From Candidatus Latescibacterota bacterium (lineage in GTDB: Bacteria > Latescibacterota > CBDEFO01): 64,000 bases of DNA. This document shows, piece by piece, positions 49,752-60,217 of this stretch (positions within the stretch are counted from its first letter, which is position 1; each line of letters starts with the position of its first letter). Location: positions 3,136,001 through 3,200,000 of the forward strand of contig OZ252149.1 of assembly GCA_965248755.1 (NCBI GenBank). The letters are read 5' to 3'. The translations under genes were made by a program, and so were the position numbers. Below the pieces are notes generated by a model. That model did no database searches. It worked only from the letters and a program-made list of their open reading frames with translations, and had not been told where the DNA came from.

Positions 49752-50930
49752 CTACTCGGAAAGTTCCCGTATTCGATCTTGCCAGCGTCCTATGACCTTC
49801 TTGTGCTGTTCTGCGTCCGTTGGTAGAAGATCAATCGCTTTATTGTACGCCCCAACAGCCTTTTGGATTTCATCTTTTTCCGACAGGCTTTGGGCCTTGA
49901 ACGCCCATTTGCGGGCCTCGATGTATGGGCGGCACTCGGGGCAGACTCCGCTCTCTTTCATAAGGTTGCGATAGGCCCTGGGGTAACTCAAGTTTTCCAT
50001 CCTGGAATCCATAAGACAAGCAGGCGAGTGATCATAGACGTCGGGGATGTAGAAGAGCATGTGGCCGACTTCGTGCGCCACTATGGCAGCGCCAAGGACT
50101 TTGTTTTTCTCACTTTTGGATAGTTCCCCAAGCTCGGAGTCGTAATAAAAAGGGATATGAGTGTCGAACTCAAACGTACTGCTCATCAATGTGAATCCGT
50201 CGAAGGTGGCTCTCTTGGGGCTATCAAAAGATGCCCCGCCCACTTTGGCATGCTTGAAGATGCTGTGCGGATACGGCTCAACTGCGTTGTCCAGAAAGAC
50301 GAACGTATTAGTCAAAACGATGTCGTAATCTTCTTGCTGTTCCATTACATCTACCCAATCTATGTACAATTGATGGCGATTATCAGGGGATAAAAGCGGA
50401 TGACCGTTCTCTTCTATCTTGCTCGTCATCGCTTTGTCTGCCCTATCTATATATACCCCTATCAGAAAGTCAGCAAACTCTTTGTGGTCCTTAAATGGCT
50501 TTTTCGGTCTGAATCCCTGGAGGCTGTCTAATTGCCATCGCTTTAAAAACTCTCCGATCTTATCTTTATGCCTCCAGATGCGCTCAGGCGCCTTCAGTGG
50601 GAACCGTGATCCTCTGTTAAAAGATTTTCGTCTGGGATACCTGTCGAAGAAATCGAGAATGGACTCCTCCTTGTTATCGAAACTAATCTGTAAGAGTCGA
50701 AATCCGAAGCGGTCTTCCATTATGTCCCATGCGAAATCTAAGACTTCTTGTGCATCTTTAGGCGTGATCGGAGGGAATTTCGGATCGTTCAAGATCCCCA
50801 CCTGCACCACGATTGAGATGGAGTCCTCCGAAAGTGCCTCATCGTCTGTTAGATCAGCCCGGACAGACGAGGATAAAGGAGCTATCGCGAGAGCACAAAA
50901 GACGATCAATGTCTTTGAAAAGAGGTACAT
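49752..50930 (-). CDS. Secreted putative zinc metallopeptidase with C-terminal TPR-like helices
   Basis: Signal peptide; AHEVGH....PD, CLM, CPEC. Confidence 0.6.
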   Translation of the reverse strand: MYLFSKTLIVFCALAIAPLSSSVRADLTDDEALSEDSISIVVQVGILNDPKFPPITPKDAQEVLDFAWDIMEDRFGFRLLQISFDNKEESILDFFDRYPRRKSFNRGSRFPLKAPERIWRHKDKIGEFLKRWQLDSLQGFRPKKPFKDHKEFADFLIGVYIDRADKAMTSKIEENGHPLLSPDNRHQLYIDWVDVMEQQEDYDIVLTNTFVFLDNAVEPYPHSIFKHAKVGGASFDSPKRATFDGFTLMSSTFEFDTHIPFYYDSELGELSKSEKNKVLGAAIVAHEVGHMLFYIPDVYDHSPACLMDSRMENLSYPRAYRNLMKESGVCPECRPYIEARKWAFKAQSLSEKDEIQKAVGAYNKAIDLLPTDAEQHKKVIGRWQDRIRELSE

Positions 50931-51628
50931 TATCTATTACTCTCCAGTTCTTTTATCTGTCCCCAGGTAGAGGGAAGTACGACAGTGGGAAGTGTGGTTC
51001 CGTTTATAGTAGCTTCCAAAAGGACGTAGCAACTAAAAGTCCCGTTACTTTTGAAACATCCCGACATGATCATTCCTGTGTTCACGGCGAAACTAATCGA
51101 TGCGTCACAGCTTTCGAACGGATCACCGTATAAGAAGATAAAACCGTCTGGAAACGTGCCAGCAGGAACTTGCATGGGGATCGTCCATGGAATCCTCACG
51201 GTAGAACTCAAAAAATAATCTTGTGATAGTGCTTTGCCCCCAATTGTTGGGGGGAAAGTCTCATATGGTATGCGATAATCGAAGTCTCCATTATCACGAT
51301 TAGGTGGGCTGGCAAAGTCAAATACTAACATCTCCTTACCCTCTATATAGTCGAATCTGTCGTTGTATTCGATGATATTGCCATTTTCATCCTTCCGCAG
51401 CAATTGACCGTTGCTCATGCGAAAATAATTCCTCCCTTCGATTTTCGCTTCCGACAGAACCTCTAAGAGGAACTGTTCTTGTGAAACTACTTCATCGACA
51501 ATTGCACTGGTATACTCATACACCCAACGGTTGCCCACCTGTAGGGGCCAGTAGTCTTTCACAGGCTGTGCCTGAGCTGTTACAGGCAGGAAGCAGAGAG
51601 CAAGAACTAAAAACGCAAGCCTTTTCAT
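50930..51628 (-). CDS. Secreted hypothetical protein with TWGQIK tail
   Basis: MKRLAF signal peptide, YWPLQVGNRWVY, VPAGTF, PSTWGQIK. Confidence 0.7.
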   Translation of the reverse strand: MKRLAFLVLALCFLPVTAQAQPVKDYWPLQVGNRWVYEYTSAIVDEVVSQEQFLLEVLSEAKIEGRNYFRMSNGQLLRKDENGNIIEYNDRFDYIEGKEMLVFDFASPPNRDNGDFDYRIPYETFPPTIGGKALSQDYFLSSTVRIPWTIPMQVPAGTFPDGFIFLYGDPFESCDASISFAVNTGMIMSGCFKSNGTFSCYVLLEATINGTTLPTVVLPSTWGQIKELESNR

Positions 51629-51747
51629 TATAAGAATGTCTCTCATTGACAAAGTCAAGCAATTTGGTTTCATTATATCCTCTGGCATGTAAAACGCCAG
51701 GATCTTCCTCTGGGTCAGTTCCATCATAGCTGGACGCAGTTTCTAAT

Positions 51748-52254
51748 CTAAACCTCCTCCTCCAAAAGGTCCCTGCTTCTGGGGTCAAGTTTTCTGTAAT
51801 CTGGTATCTGGTATCTATTCCCGTCTATGTCCTTTATAAGTACCCGTCCACGTCCCATCATCCGCGCATCCCGCCTGCTTCTCAATTCAAAGGTTCGATG
51901 ACCCTTATCCGTGTCCACGTCCCACTTCGGCACGCCGAAATCCTCATCTATGTTATTGATCCTGATTATGTCCGGCATAAAGTAGGACTTCTCCAGCTCA
52001 ACTTTGAGTGCCTCTCTGGACTCGCCATCCAACTGGCCGGGATCTTCTATTATCCCTATTTCCTTTTCCTCCTCATCCTTCAACGCTATGAAGTGCATAG
52101 CGGCCGATAATGGAAAAGCCTTCACTGCCTTGACCTTAGAGTATTCCCTCCCATCATCGAAGCTGACTCCCAAATCCTGAAATCCATCCAGGCACAGCTT
52201 TATCTTCCCTGGATCAATCGTTTCCATCTCCTTCTCTATATCCACCCGAGTCAT
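51748..52254 (-). CDS. DUF1854-family protein
   Basis: AFPLS, EIGII, YFMP.I..I, WDVDTDKG, D.DGNRY.I; follows an ABC transporter as is typical of the family. Confidence 0.8.
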   Translation of the reverse strand: MTRVDIEKEMETIDPGKIKLCLDGFQDLGVSFDDGREYSKVKAVKAFPLSAAMHFIALKDEEEKEIGIIEDPGQLDGESREALKVELEKSYFMPDIIRINNIDEDFGVPKWDVDTDKGHRTFELRSRRDARMMGRGRVLIKDIDGNRYQIPDYRKLDPRSRDLLEEEV

Positions 52255-52365
52255 AGGAACATGCCTCCTAAAATCTGTTTTACGAAAAAAAGGCGGTGCG
52301 GCCGCTGTGCTGGGGTATCCGCGAGCGTCGCAGTGGTCGAAGAACTTTTCTTGGGGTCTCGGCGA

Positions 52366-54717
52366 TCACAACGCTGTAATCTTGGAAAGCTCCGTCTGCA
52401 TATTGCATAGACGGGCATATATGCCGTCCTGCTCGATCAACTCATCGTGTGTGCCCATCTCCGCCACCCTCCCTTTCTCTATGATGAGAAGCCGGTTGGA
52501 GTGCTTGAGCGTTGAAAGCCTGTGGGCGATAGCGAAGGTAGTGCGTCCTTCTATAAGCCTTGCCAGTGCCTCCTGGATCTGTGCCTCTGTCTCTGTATCT
52601 ACGTTCGAGGTGGCCTCATCCAGAATCAGAATGCGTGGATCCTTCAGGATGGCCCTAGCTATGGCCAGACGCTGCCGCTCGCCGCCGGAGACATTGCTGC
52701 CTCGTTCCCCCACCTGCGTGTCATAGCCATCGGGGTATTCCACGATGAAATCGTGGGCATTGGCTGCCTTAGCCGCACCTATAATCTCCCTCATAGAGGC
52801 TCCCGGTTTCCCGTAGACGATGTTCTCCGCCACAGTGCCGTTGAACAGAAAAGGCTCCTGGAGCACAACGCCGATCTGATCGCGCAGTGACTTCAGCTTC
52901 ACCTCTCGAACATCATAACCATCTACGAGTATCCTTCCATTATCCACATCGTAGAAGCGGCAGATCAAGTTGATGAGCGTGCTCTTGCCTGCCCCGCTGT
53001 GACCCGCCAGGCCGATCATCTCCCCGGGCTTCACATCGAAGCTGATTGCCTTCAGGACAGGCGTCCCTTCCTCGTAGCTGAATGTAACATCTTGAAACTC
53101 TATGTGTCCCTCTATCTCCGGCATCTGGACAGAATCCTCGTCGTCCGCCATATCCGGCTCACTGTCCAGAACCTCAAAGACCCGCTCTGCAGCAGTTGCA
53201 GCGCTTTGAAGACGGTGGTTCAACCTGCAGAGCGACTCCACAGGCCCGTAGAACTGCCACATATAGCTTGAGAAGGCCACAAAATCGCCCAGGGTGATCG
53301 TGCCACCTATAACCTTGTGTCCACCTGCCCACCATATGATAATTGTGCCCAATGAGGTGATGAAGCCCATGATCGGCATAAAGCTGGTTCTAAGTTTGGC
53401 AGCCCTCATCGAGCCATCGAGCAGTTCCTGGCTTTTCCCCATAAACTTACCCACCTCACGCTCCTCCTGGGCGAAGGCCTTCACCACCCTTATCCCCGGT
53501 ATCGTATCCGCCAGGATGGCGCTTATGCTGGCAAATCGCTTCCAGAGAATGCGAAACACCTTGTGCAGTCTCCTGCCGAAAAAGATGGTGACAATGACCA
53601 AGAACGGGGTCGGCAGCAGGACAAAGGTTGCAAGTTGCCAGTTGAGTGAGAACAGAATCGCGCAGATGATGACTAAGGTCAGCACGCTGCGGATCATCTC
53701 CTGAAGGCCTTCGCTGATGAAGTCCTGAAGACGCCCCACGTCGTTCGTGATCCTGGACATGATCCTTCCCGTCTCCCTCTGGCTGAAGAAGCTCAAAGAG
53801 AGGGTGTGAAGATGTCTGTAGACCTGGTTGCGCAGATCAAAGGTGACCCTCTGGCCTAACCACTCCATCATGTAGCTCCGTAATGCCCGGAGTGTGTTTG
53901 TGGATACTGTGATCGCGAATAGGAGGGTCACCAACACTGCCAGTAGGGTCGTACTCCCCCTGGGAGCGAACTGCTCTATGCGGCCTATGATGCCTCCTTC
54001 AGGCCCCAAATCCAGCGGCTGTTCCTCTCCCGGCTTCACATTGAGCACATCGTCTATCAGTGTGCGGGTGAGCAAGGGAGGGGTCAGGCTTATGAACGTG
54101 GCTATGAGCATCAGTGTCAGACCTGCAAGGGAGACCTTCCAGTAAGGCAGCCCATAGCTTAAGAGCCTGAAGAGCAACTTACCCTTCTTAATACAGAACG
54201 GACAGACACCTCCCCAACGAGGGAGTTTGACCTTGCCGCAGTTCGGGCAGCGCTGTCTCTGCCTCTCAAACGCCCTGTACCCTCTTCCCACGTCATCATC
54301 GGAGGCTGCGATCTCTTCCGGCCTGCTCCTTCTGAGCAACTCCTCTATCTCCGGGGTCACCTGTGCGAACTTATATGCCAGCGACTTCGAGAACCTGGCC
54401 ACCTCCACCCCACGGTCCGCAGTGCGGACTTTCAGTATGTTGTTGCTGAAGAGGTCTCGCATCTCCACTGAAGCGATATCCGTCAACCTTATGTGGACTA
54501 ACGAGAGAGGATCGGCGCCGTTAGGACTGAAAGCAAGCAGACGCTTGTCCGTCACCAGAAGCCAGCCGGTGCCGTATTCGCCGTCCAGCCCCATGTCTGT
54601 GGAGACGGATAGATGGATCTCCTCGTCGGAGCCTACGATCCCATCCATCGCGGCCCTTACCTCATCTGGTATCGGTTCCTTTAGTTCTTTTTTGTCCTTT
54701 GACGTATTTGAGTCCAC
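52366..54717 (-). CDS. ABC exporter (fused TMD + NBD) with N-terminal PH-like domain and zinc ribbon
   Basis: GHSGAGKST, VSGGERQR, ILDEATS, AHRLST; CPNC...CPFC; probable GTG start at 54717. Confidence 0.92.
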   Translation of the reverse strand: MDSNTSKDKKELKEPIPDEVRAAMDGIVGSDEEIHLSVSTDMGLDGEYGTGWLLVTDKRLLAFSPNGADPLSLVHIRLTDIASVEMRDLFSNNILKVRTADRGVEVARFSKSLAYKFAQVTPEIEELLRRSRPEEIAASDDDVGRGYRAFERQRQRCPNCGKVKLPRWGGVCPFCIKKGKLLFRLLSYGLPYWKVSLAGLTLMLIATFISLTPPLLTRTLIDDVLNVKPGEEQPLDLGPEGGIIGRIEQFAPRGSTTLLAVLVTLLFAITVSTNTLRALRSYMMEWLGQRVTFDLRNQVYRHLHTLSLSFFSQRETGRIMSRITNDVGRLQDFISEGLQEMIRSVLTLVIICAILFSLNWQLATFVLLPTPFLVIVTIFFGRRLHKVFRILWKRFASISAILADTIPGIRVVKAFAQEEREVGKFMGKSQELLDGSMRAAKLRTSFMPIMGFITSLGTIIIWWAGGHKVIGGTITLGDFVAFSSYMWQFYGPVESLCRLNHRLQSAATAAERVFEVLDSEPDMADDEDSVQMPEIEGHIEFQDVTFSYEEGTPVLKAISFDVKPGEMIGLAGHSGAGKSTLINLICRFYDVDNGRILVDGYDVREVKLKSLRDQIGVVLQEPFLFNGTVAENIVYGKPGASMREIIGAAKAANAHDFIVEYPDGYDTQVGERGSNVSGGERQRLAIARAILKDPRILILDEATSNVDTETEAQIQEALARLIEGRTTFAIAHRLSTLKHSNRLLIIEKGRVAEMGTHDELIEQDGIYARLCNMQTELSKITAL

Positions 54718-54918
54718 TGTTGTCTCCCAACAGGTTAAAGAGAGAGCGGTCATTTACCTTACGTACTGGAGCTTTGCCGCCAACCTCTATCTGAATATGG
54801 TGTCTGCTGTCAAATGGCATCAGGGCACTTTGCCTATCCTCTCAAAGATTGCCAATACACATAGAAGAACACCGTTCATCAACAAGTCAGAGCGATTAGA
54901 ACACCCTATGGTAAACAC

Positions 54919-56499
54919 TTAAAGCTCTTCAATTTTAATGTCGTTCTTCTCTAAAGTCGTGCCCCTTACCTTCTCCAGGTTTATGAGAGATTTATTGTAA
55001 TCTATAATAGCCTTCAGATGATTCGTCCTTGCGGTCGCACGGATCCGTTGAGTCTCCAGAACGTCGCGCGTTGTGGATAGCCCCAATCTCAGCCTCTCCT
55101 CCTCTTCGGCTAAGTTCCTCTCCTCCAGAGTGCTGGCCAACTGGGTGGCTCTGATCCTCCTGATGTCGGTGTCTATCTGTCTGACTGCGTCCCTTATCTG
55201 GACGATTATATCCTGTTCCATCTTCTTAATATTTAGTTCGGCTCTCTGCTTTTCCAATCTGCTTGCGGCATACTGGCTCGAAGCAGAGCGGTTCCCTATC
55301 GGAACATCAATGGACAGGCCTACGTCCCACGTATTAGCGTCCAACTCCGATAGGAGATCCAGATTGTCCGAATAGTTTACTCCCAGACCGTTGAACTGCA
55401 GGCTTGCCGTCAGATCCAAAGAAGGGAGGGTCTGATTGTATGCCCTTGAGACATTTATCTTTCTATTTTCAATTTCTATCTTGGCCTGAGCGTAATCAGC
55501 CCTCTTTTCAAATGCCTCCTGAATGCTCTTCTCAAGGTCTATCTCTACAGACTCAAAGACCGGTTCATCTGTAGGTCGCAGGGCAGCGTCCCATACCTGA
55601 GGTCTATCTATGATGTTCGTAATAGCCTTGAGCCTGTCCTCAGCGTCCCTGACCGCGTCCTCTGCCACTATTATGTCTCCCTCCCTTGAAGCCACAGAGG
55701 CCAGAGCCTGGAGCGTGTCGGACGGAGGCACAGAGCCTACCCTCACTCGAACTCTCATCTCGTCCAAGAGCCTTAAGGCCTCATCGAGAGATAACTTTTG
55801 AACTTCCATGTTTTCTATGGCAAAGACCAGATTCCAGTAAGCTGACTGGACATCGGATACGACCTCTATGACCCTCTGGTTCAGGGCATTCTGGGAGATA
55901 GCCTTGTTATTCTGGGAAATCGTAATGCTGGACTTGTTGAAGCCAATTCCCCAACCCTTTAAGAGCGGCTGAGAGATGAAGAACCTGGCCTGGGAGTCGT
56001 AGAAGACTGGAATTTGTTCACCTGAGATCGAATCTCTGCTAAAGCGTGAATTTGTCTCCTGACGGCGATTGAAAAAGTCGAGTCGGTAGTTTGCTCCTGT
56101 AGCAAGCCTTTGATTAAATCCGATGGAGAAATTAAGGTTGTTAATTTCAGATCCGGCTACCTGATTGAATGTGGGACGCTTCGATCTTTCTCCTGAAAAA
56201 GCCAGAGTCATCGCCAGATCAAAGGCTCCCTTTGCACCTATGATGTTATGGTGCCCTATTTGGGGTCCTATCTTTTCTGAGGCTATTTCGAAATTGTTCT
56301 CCAGAGTCAGCTTTATCGCGTCCTCTATCGAAAGTGTAAAGGTCCTGCGAGCATCTCTTGATATTGTCTGGGTCTGATTACGCAGTTGGGCATTTGCCCA
56401 GGATGTCCACAAAACTGTGATCAGAATATAGCTCATACACTTAGTTCTGTTCATTGAAACCTCGCTTTTATATCTACAGTCCCTCTTTTCTGTTGCCAA
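54919..56499 (-). CDS. TolC-family outer membrane efflux protein
   Basis: LSIEDAIKLTLENN, SAYWNL, LPSLDL, GLSTTRDVLE; true start may be slightly downstream. Confidence 0.9.
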   Translation of the reverse strand: MATEKRDCRYKSEVSMNRTKCMSYILITVLWTSWANAQLRNQTQTISRDARRTFTLSIEDAIKLTLENNFEIASEKIGPQIGHHNIIGAKGAFDLAMTLAFSGERSKRPTFNQVAGSEINNLNFSIGFNQRLATGANYRLDFFNRRQETNSRFSRDSISGEQIPVFYDSQARFFISQPLLKGWGIGFNKSSITISQNNKAISQNALNQRVIEVVSDVQSAYWNLVFAIENMEVQKLSLDEALRLLDEMRVRVRVGSVPPSDTLQALASVASREGDIIVAEDAVRDAEDRLKAITNIIDRPQVWDAALRPTDEPVFESVEIDLEKSIQEAFEKRADYAQAKIEIENRKINVSRAYNQTLPSLDLTASLQFNGLGVNYSDNLDLLSELDANTWDVGLSIDVPIGNRSASSQYAASRLEKQRAELNIKKMEQDIIVQIRDAVRQIDTDIRRIRATQLASTLEERNLAEEEERLRLGLSTTRDVLETQRIRATARTNHLKAIIDYNKSLINLEKVRGTTLEKNDIKIEEL

Positions 56500-57112
56500 T
56501 GCCGTTTATGAACTGATCTATTATCAACGACGCCTGATCCTGCATCGGCTCTTTACGTTTTTCTCTCATCCAACGGAACATAACGGAGTTTATCATCCCC
56601 TGAAACATATAGGCAGAGGCGTCGGGATCAACATCTCTGAACTGCCGAGATTTTATGCCGTCCTCAATTATCTGTGCCGTTGACCTTATGACCCCCTGAC
56701 GGCTCTCCTTTATCCTGCTCTTTATGTTTTCTTTCTCGTCTGAGTAGAGCTTGTGCGACTCGGAAAAGAGTATTTTGAACAGGTCTCTGTTCTTATCTTT
56801 GTAATTCAAATGCGCCTTGACTATGTCAGTCAGCCTCGATGTGGCATCCTTGTCTTCCACTCTCAATTCATCTATGAGTCTGCCGAAATACTCCACTGAC
56901 GACTTTATGATCTCCAGGAATATCTGCTCTTTCCCCTTGAAGTAGAAATATAGCGTTGCCTTTCCAAACTCTGCCTTCTCGGCAATCTCGTCCATAGTGG
57001 CGTTCTGGAAGCCCTTTTCGGCGAAGACCTTCTTGGCAGCCTTTAGTATCTGATCCTTCCGCCGCCGTCTTTCTCTGTCCTTCCTGCTCATATTTTCCCG
57101 ATTCTCGTTCAA
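56474..57112 (-). CDS. TetR/AcrR-family regulator
   Basis: ILKAAKKVFAEKGF..ATMDEIA...GKATLYFYFKGKE. Confidence 0.95.
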   Translation of the reverse strand: MNENRENMSRKDRERRRRKDQILKAAKKVFAEKGFQNATMDEIAEKAEFGKATLYFYFKGKEQIFLEIIKSSVEYFGRLIDELRVEDKDATSRLTDIVKAHLNYKDKNRDLFKILFSESHKLYSDEKENIKSRIKESRQGVIRSTAQIIEDGIKSRQFRDVDPDASAYMFQGMINSVMFRWMREKRKEPMQDQASLIIDQFINGIGNRKEGL

Positions 57113-57340
57113 TTTTGATCACCAAGAAAGATAAAGAGTTAGTATAAATCCTTAATTTACTTAATAGACCCATCAGTCGAATATACGAATAATTAGTCTA
57201 TAAGATACAATAATTATGGACAATGTCAAGCTTTTTTGTCCTATCCGAGCATGTTTTCGCTTGACAACAAAACAGATATTTACTTAATATTACGCGGTAC
57301 AGCAGTTATTCCAAAACTTCTTGCAAGGAGGTCTAAACCT

Positions 57341-57754
57341 ATGGGTGAAGGTCAACAATCCGCTAGCAAGTTCATCAGTTGTGAGCCATTCTTTCTGGTA
57401 GCTGACGTTAAGAAGGCGGCAGAGTACTACCGCGATGTGCTCGGCTTCGAATACGATCAGCTCTGGGGTGATCCACCGTTTTTCTGCAGGCCCGAACGCG
57501 ACGGGTACACCTTCATGCTGAGGCAGGTCGAAGACAAGTCCATCGTAAGACCCAACGCCGTAGCCTGTGATACTTGGGACGCTTATATAAAGGTCACAGA
57601 CGCCGAAGCTCTATTTGAAGAATTTAAGGGCAGAGGGGCGATTATAGACTACAAGCCTGAGATGATGGAGGAGATGGATGTTAGGCATTTCGGGATCAAG
57701 GACGTGGACGGTTATCTGCTCGGCTTCGGCCAGGAAGGGACGAAAGGAGAATGA
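57341..57754 (+). CDS. VOC/glyoxalase/bleomycin-resistance family protein
   Basis: VADVKKAAEYYRDVLGF, F.IKDVDGY.L.FGQ; AAGGAGG RBS before ATG 57341. Confidence 0.88.
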   Translation: MGEGQQSASKFISCEPFFLVADVKKAAEYYRDVLGFEYDQLWGDPPFFCRPERDGYTFMLRQVEDKSIVRPNAVACDTWDAYIKVTDAEALFEEFKGRGAIIDYKPEMMEEMDVRHFGIKDVDGYLLGFGQEGTKGE

Positions 57755-57769
57755 TCTTATAGATTCAGC

Positions 57770-58015
57770 ACCGCTCTGGAGGATGTATATCTCCTGCTTC
57801 GTCAGGCTCTTAAACGAACGCCGCGCTATCTCCGCAAAGAGGATCACCGTCACCCACTCTGCTGCGGAGCCTATGCTCTCCCCTGCGATCAGGCCCATGT
57901 AGATAGCCCCCGGCATCATCACAAAGCCTATGAAAAACGCCCCTATGACCGTCCTTATGGTCACGCCGTCCTGAAATTCAGAAGTTGTATTGTCAGTTAT
58001 CTCTGTAGCCATCAA
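57770..58015 (-). pseudogene. N-terminal fragment of an OPT-like membrane transporter
   Basis: FQDGVTIRTVIGAFFIGFVMMPGAIYMGL...AAEWVTVILF.EIARR; resemblance breaks off at the convergent VOC gene. Confidence 0.5.
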
Positions 58016-58051
58016 AGTAACCTAACTGAGTGGTCGGAATGCTTTATCCAA

Positions 58052-58080
58052 GAAAAAAGAGCAGGTTGTATGCCTGCTCT
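58052..58080 (-). terminator. Intrinsic terminator on the minus strand
   Basis: AGAGCAGG-loop-CCTGCTCT followed by a T7 run on the minus strand. Confidence 0.65.
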
Positions 58081-58240
58081 GTCGTCAAAATGGCGTGTAG
58101 ATGGAGCATGCTGATTTTTATTATTCCGGGTTTCCTACAGTAGGCAAAAGTGAGGAAGTATTATGTTGCGAACGCATAGGACTTTAGTGAACCGAAGTGA
58201 GCCGCAAACCGTTCTGTTATCTGATGCTTCAATGAGGCAT

Positions 58241-58712
58241 TTAAAGAAATGCAGCAATTAGGCTAATTACTATGCCAATCCAAAAAATAATGCTACTCCA
58301 CGAGAATATATTACGGGTCAAATACCTTTTTTCAATTTCCGATTTCAATTTATAGAATTTTCCAGTTGCAGGCTGGGCATTGGAGAATGATATTTCAAGC
58401 TCAATATAATCACGCCATGTCATTATCGGAGTATCTACCGCTGCAGTTCCCCAAGACAATGTTTTGATATGAATTATCATAAGGTATTGCATTTCCTGAA
58501 ACATGTTCTTTAAGTATTTATGAAATCTCTGAAAAACCAATGTCTCCTTCTCTTAAGATAAACTTCTTCTGGTGCATCTTACCGAAAGTAGAAATTGCAT
58601 CTAAGTATTTTGGGGCAAGTATTCGGTAAACAAATGGGTAATGCTGGGCATTTGATATGATCCATCCAATAATTGTGATAACTATACCGCTGATAGCAAC
58701 ATAATACTTCAT
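58241..58712 (-). pseudogene. Disrupted AT-rich hypothetical membrane protein
   Basis: Two overlapping ORFs with N- and C-terminal TM segments, joined across a stop and a frameshift. Confidence 0.5.
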
Positions 58713-58776
58713 TATGAATTACCTCTCCGAAACATCCGATAGCTCGTTTCTATACAAAATGTTCCTTACAAGGTTC

Positions 58777-59596
58777 TCATATTACCCACAATCCGAATGA
58801 TTTACATATCTCTATAAGATCAGGTCGCTCTTGAACAAGCTCTTGAACTTTAGGTTCCAATATCTTTTCCATAATCTCCTCTATCTCAAAGTTTAGAATA
58901 TCTTCGTTGCTAAACATCGTGGACAACGTTTTACCCAGTGATACGATCATAAGGCGATACATATGCAAGAAGGAATACAAGAAAGCTTCGTGCTTATGAG
59001 AATCATCATCTATATTAGGGAATTCTTAGTACATAGTCTTGAGAACATTCGTCAATTCTGATGAACTTTTCAAGATATTCATAATTCATGTGCACAAATT
59101 CATCGTTGATGTTAGTGAGAAGCTGACGAAACTCTTTTGCATACGGTAAGGATTTTGAAATTAGTCCCTTCCTTTCGAACTCATTCCTATACTGCTCGTA
59201 CTTTTTCTTATCGTTTTTTCTGTTTCCCCAAATTTTCCTCTTGTTCATCCACAATTCAGCATTTGCAGGGTCATCCAGAAATTTCCCTATGATCAACGCA
59301 GATTCCAACGCAGGTCTAAAAACAAGCCAAGCCTCATCTGATTGATACCGCCTTAAACAATCAAAGGCACTTCTCGCCTGTTTTACTATAATTTAAAAGA
59401 AAGACCAGAGGCTAACAAGAGACCTATTTTGATCATCTCTTCTCTTGGCAACGAGGAACGCCATCTCTTGCAAACGTCTGTCACTATCGGCAAAAGCAAA
59501 AAACTCGTCCCTGTAGTTGAGAAGAAAAATACTTCTGTTCTCATCTAATCTGGAGCTAAGGTTTAAAATTTCACTCTCCACTCGCTGCGACGTCAT
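58777..59596 (-). pseudogene. Disrupted hypothetical gene (in-frame stop at 59393, frameshift near 59017)
   Basis: Reading continues in frame through TAA (SFF*IIVKQAR...FRPALESAL) and then shifts into FPNIDDDSHKHEAFLYSF. Confidence 0.65.
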
Positions 59597-59638
59597 AAAC
59601 GTGCCTTCCTCCTCTGCACACTCTCTCAATGCAACAAC

Positions 59639-60217
59639 TCAGCCCGTTCCCTTACCACTTATCATATCCCTTAACCTATCAATGACATAATGACACGCCA
59701 CGAGGTGCAGGCTCTCCACTACGCCGATGTTGTCTGATCGGATGTGCAGACAGCAGTCAACCATCGGTTTGAGTTTTCCCCCGTCGAAACCCGTAAATCC
59801 TATTGTCGTCATATCGCTCTCATTTGCATATCTTATCGCCCTCAGCACGTTCTCGCTCTTTCCCGACCCGCTTATGCCGAGGGCTACGTCGCCGCGTGCT
59901 GCCATATTTATCATCTGTTGTTCGAAGATCGTCTCGTAGCCCTCATCGTTGGCAAGTGCAAGTATGTAGGGCGTATTATCGGTCAGGCTTATGGCTTTGA
60001 GCCTCTTCTTCTGCCCCAAATCGGCAATAGTCCCCTTGGCCAGGTCCTCGCAAAGATGCGAGGCCGTAGCGGCGCTTCCTCCGTTCCCGAATATGAAGAT
60101 TTTTCTGTCTTCCAGATACGAGTCGTACAATATATCTACTACATCTTCTACAGACTTCACATCCAGATCCCTGCACAGGTCCGCCACAGAGGAGAAATAG
60201 TTGTCGGCTATTTCCAT
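59639..60217 (-). CDS. gmhA: Phosphoheptose isomerase (SIS domain)
   Basis: FGNGGSAATASH, ANDEGY, GISGSGKS.N, GFDGG, E..H. Confidence 0.88.
   Translation of the reverse strand: MEIADNYFSSVADLCRDLDVKSVEDVVDILYDSYLEDRKIFIFGNGGSAATASHLCEDLAKGTIADLGQKKRLKAISLTDNTPYILALANDEGYETIFEQQMINMAARGDVALGISGSGKSENVLRAIRYANESDMTTIGFTGFDGGKLKPMVDCCLHIRSDNIGVVESLHLVACHYVIDRLRDMISGKGTG

Noticed and set aside
36969..59395. Stop-codon reassignment or selenocysteine/pyrrolysine readthrough explaining in-frame stops
   Set aside because: The interrupting codons are TAA, which is also the normal stop of many genes here, and two of the affected genes also carry frameshifts.
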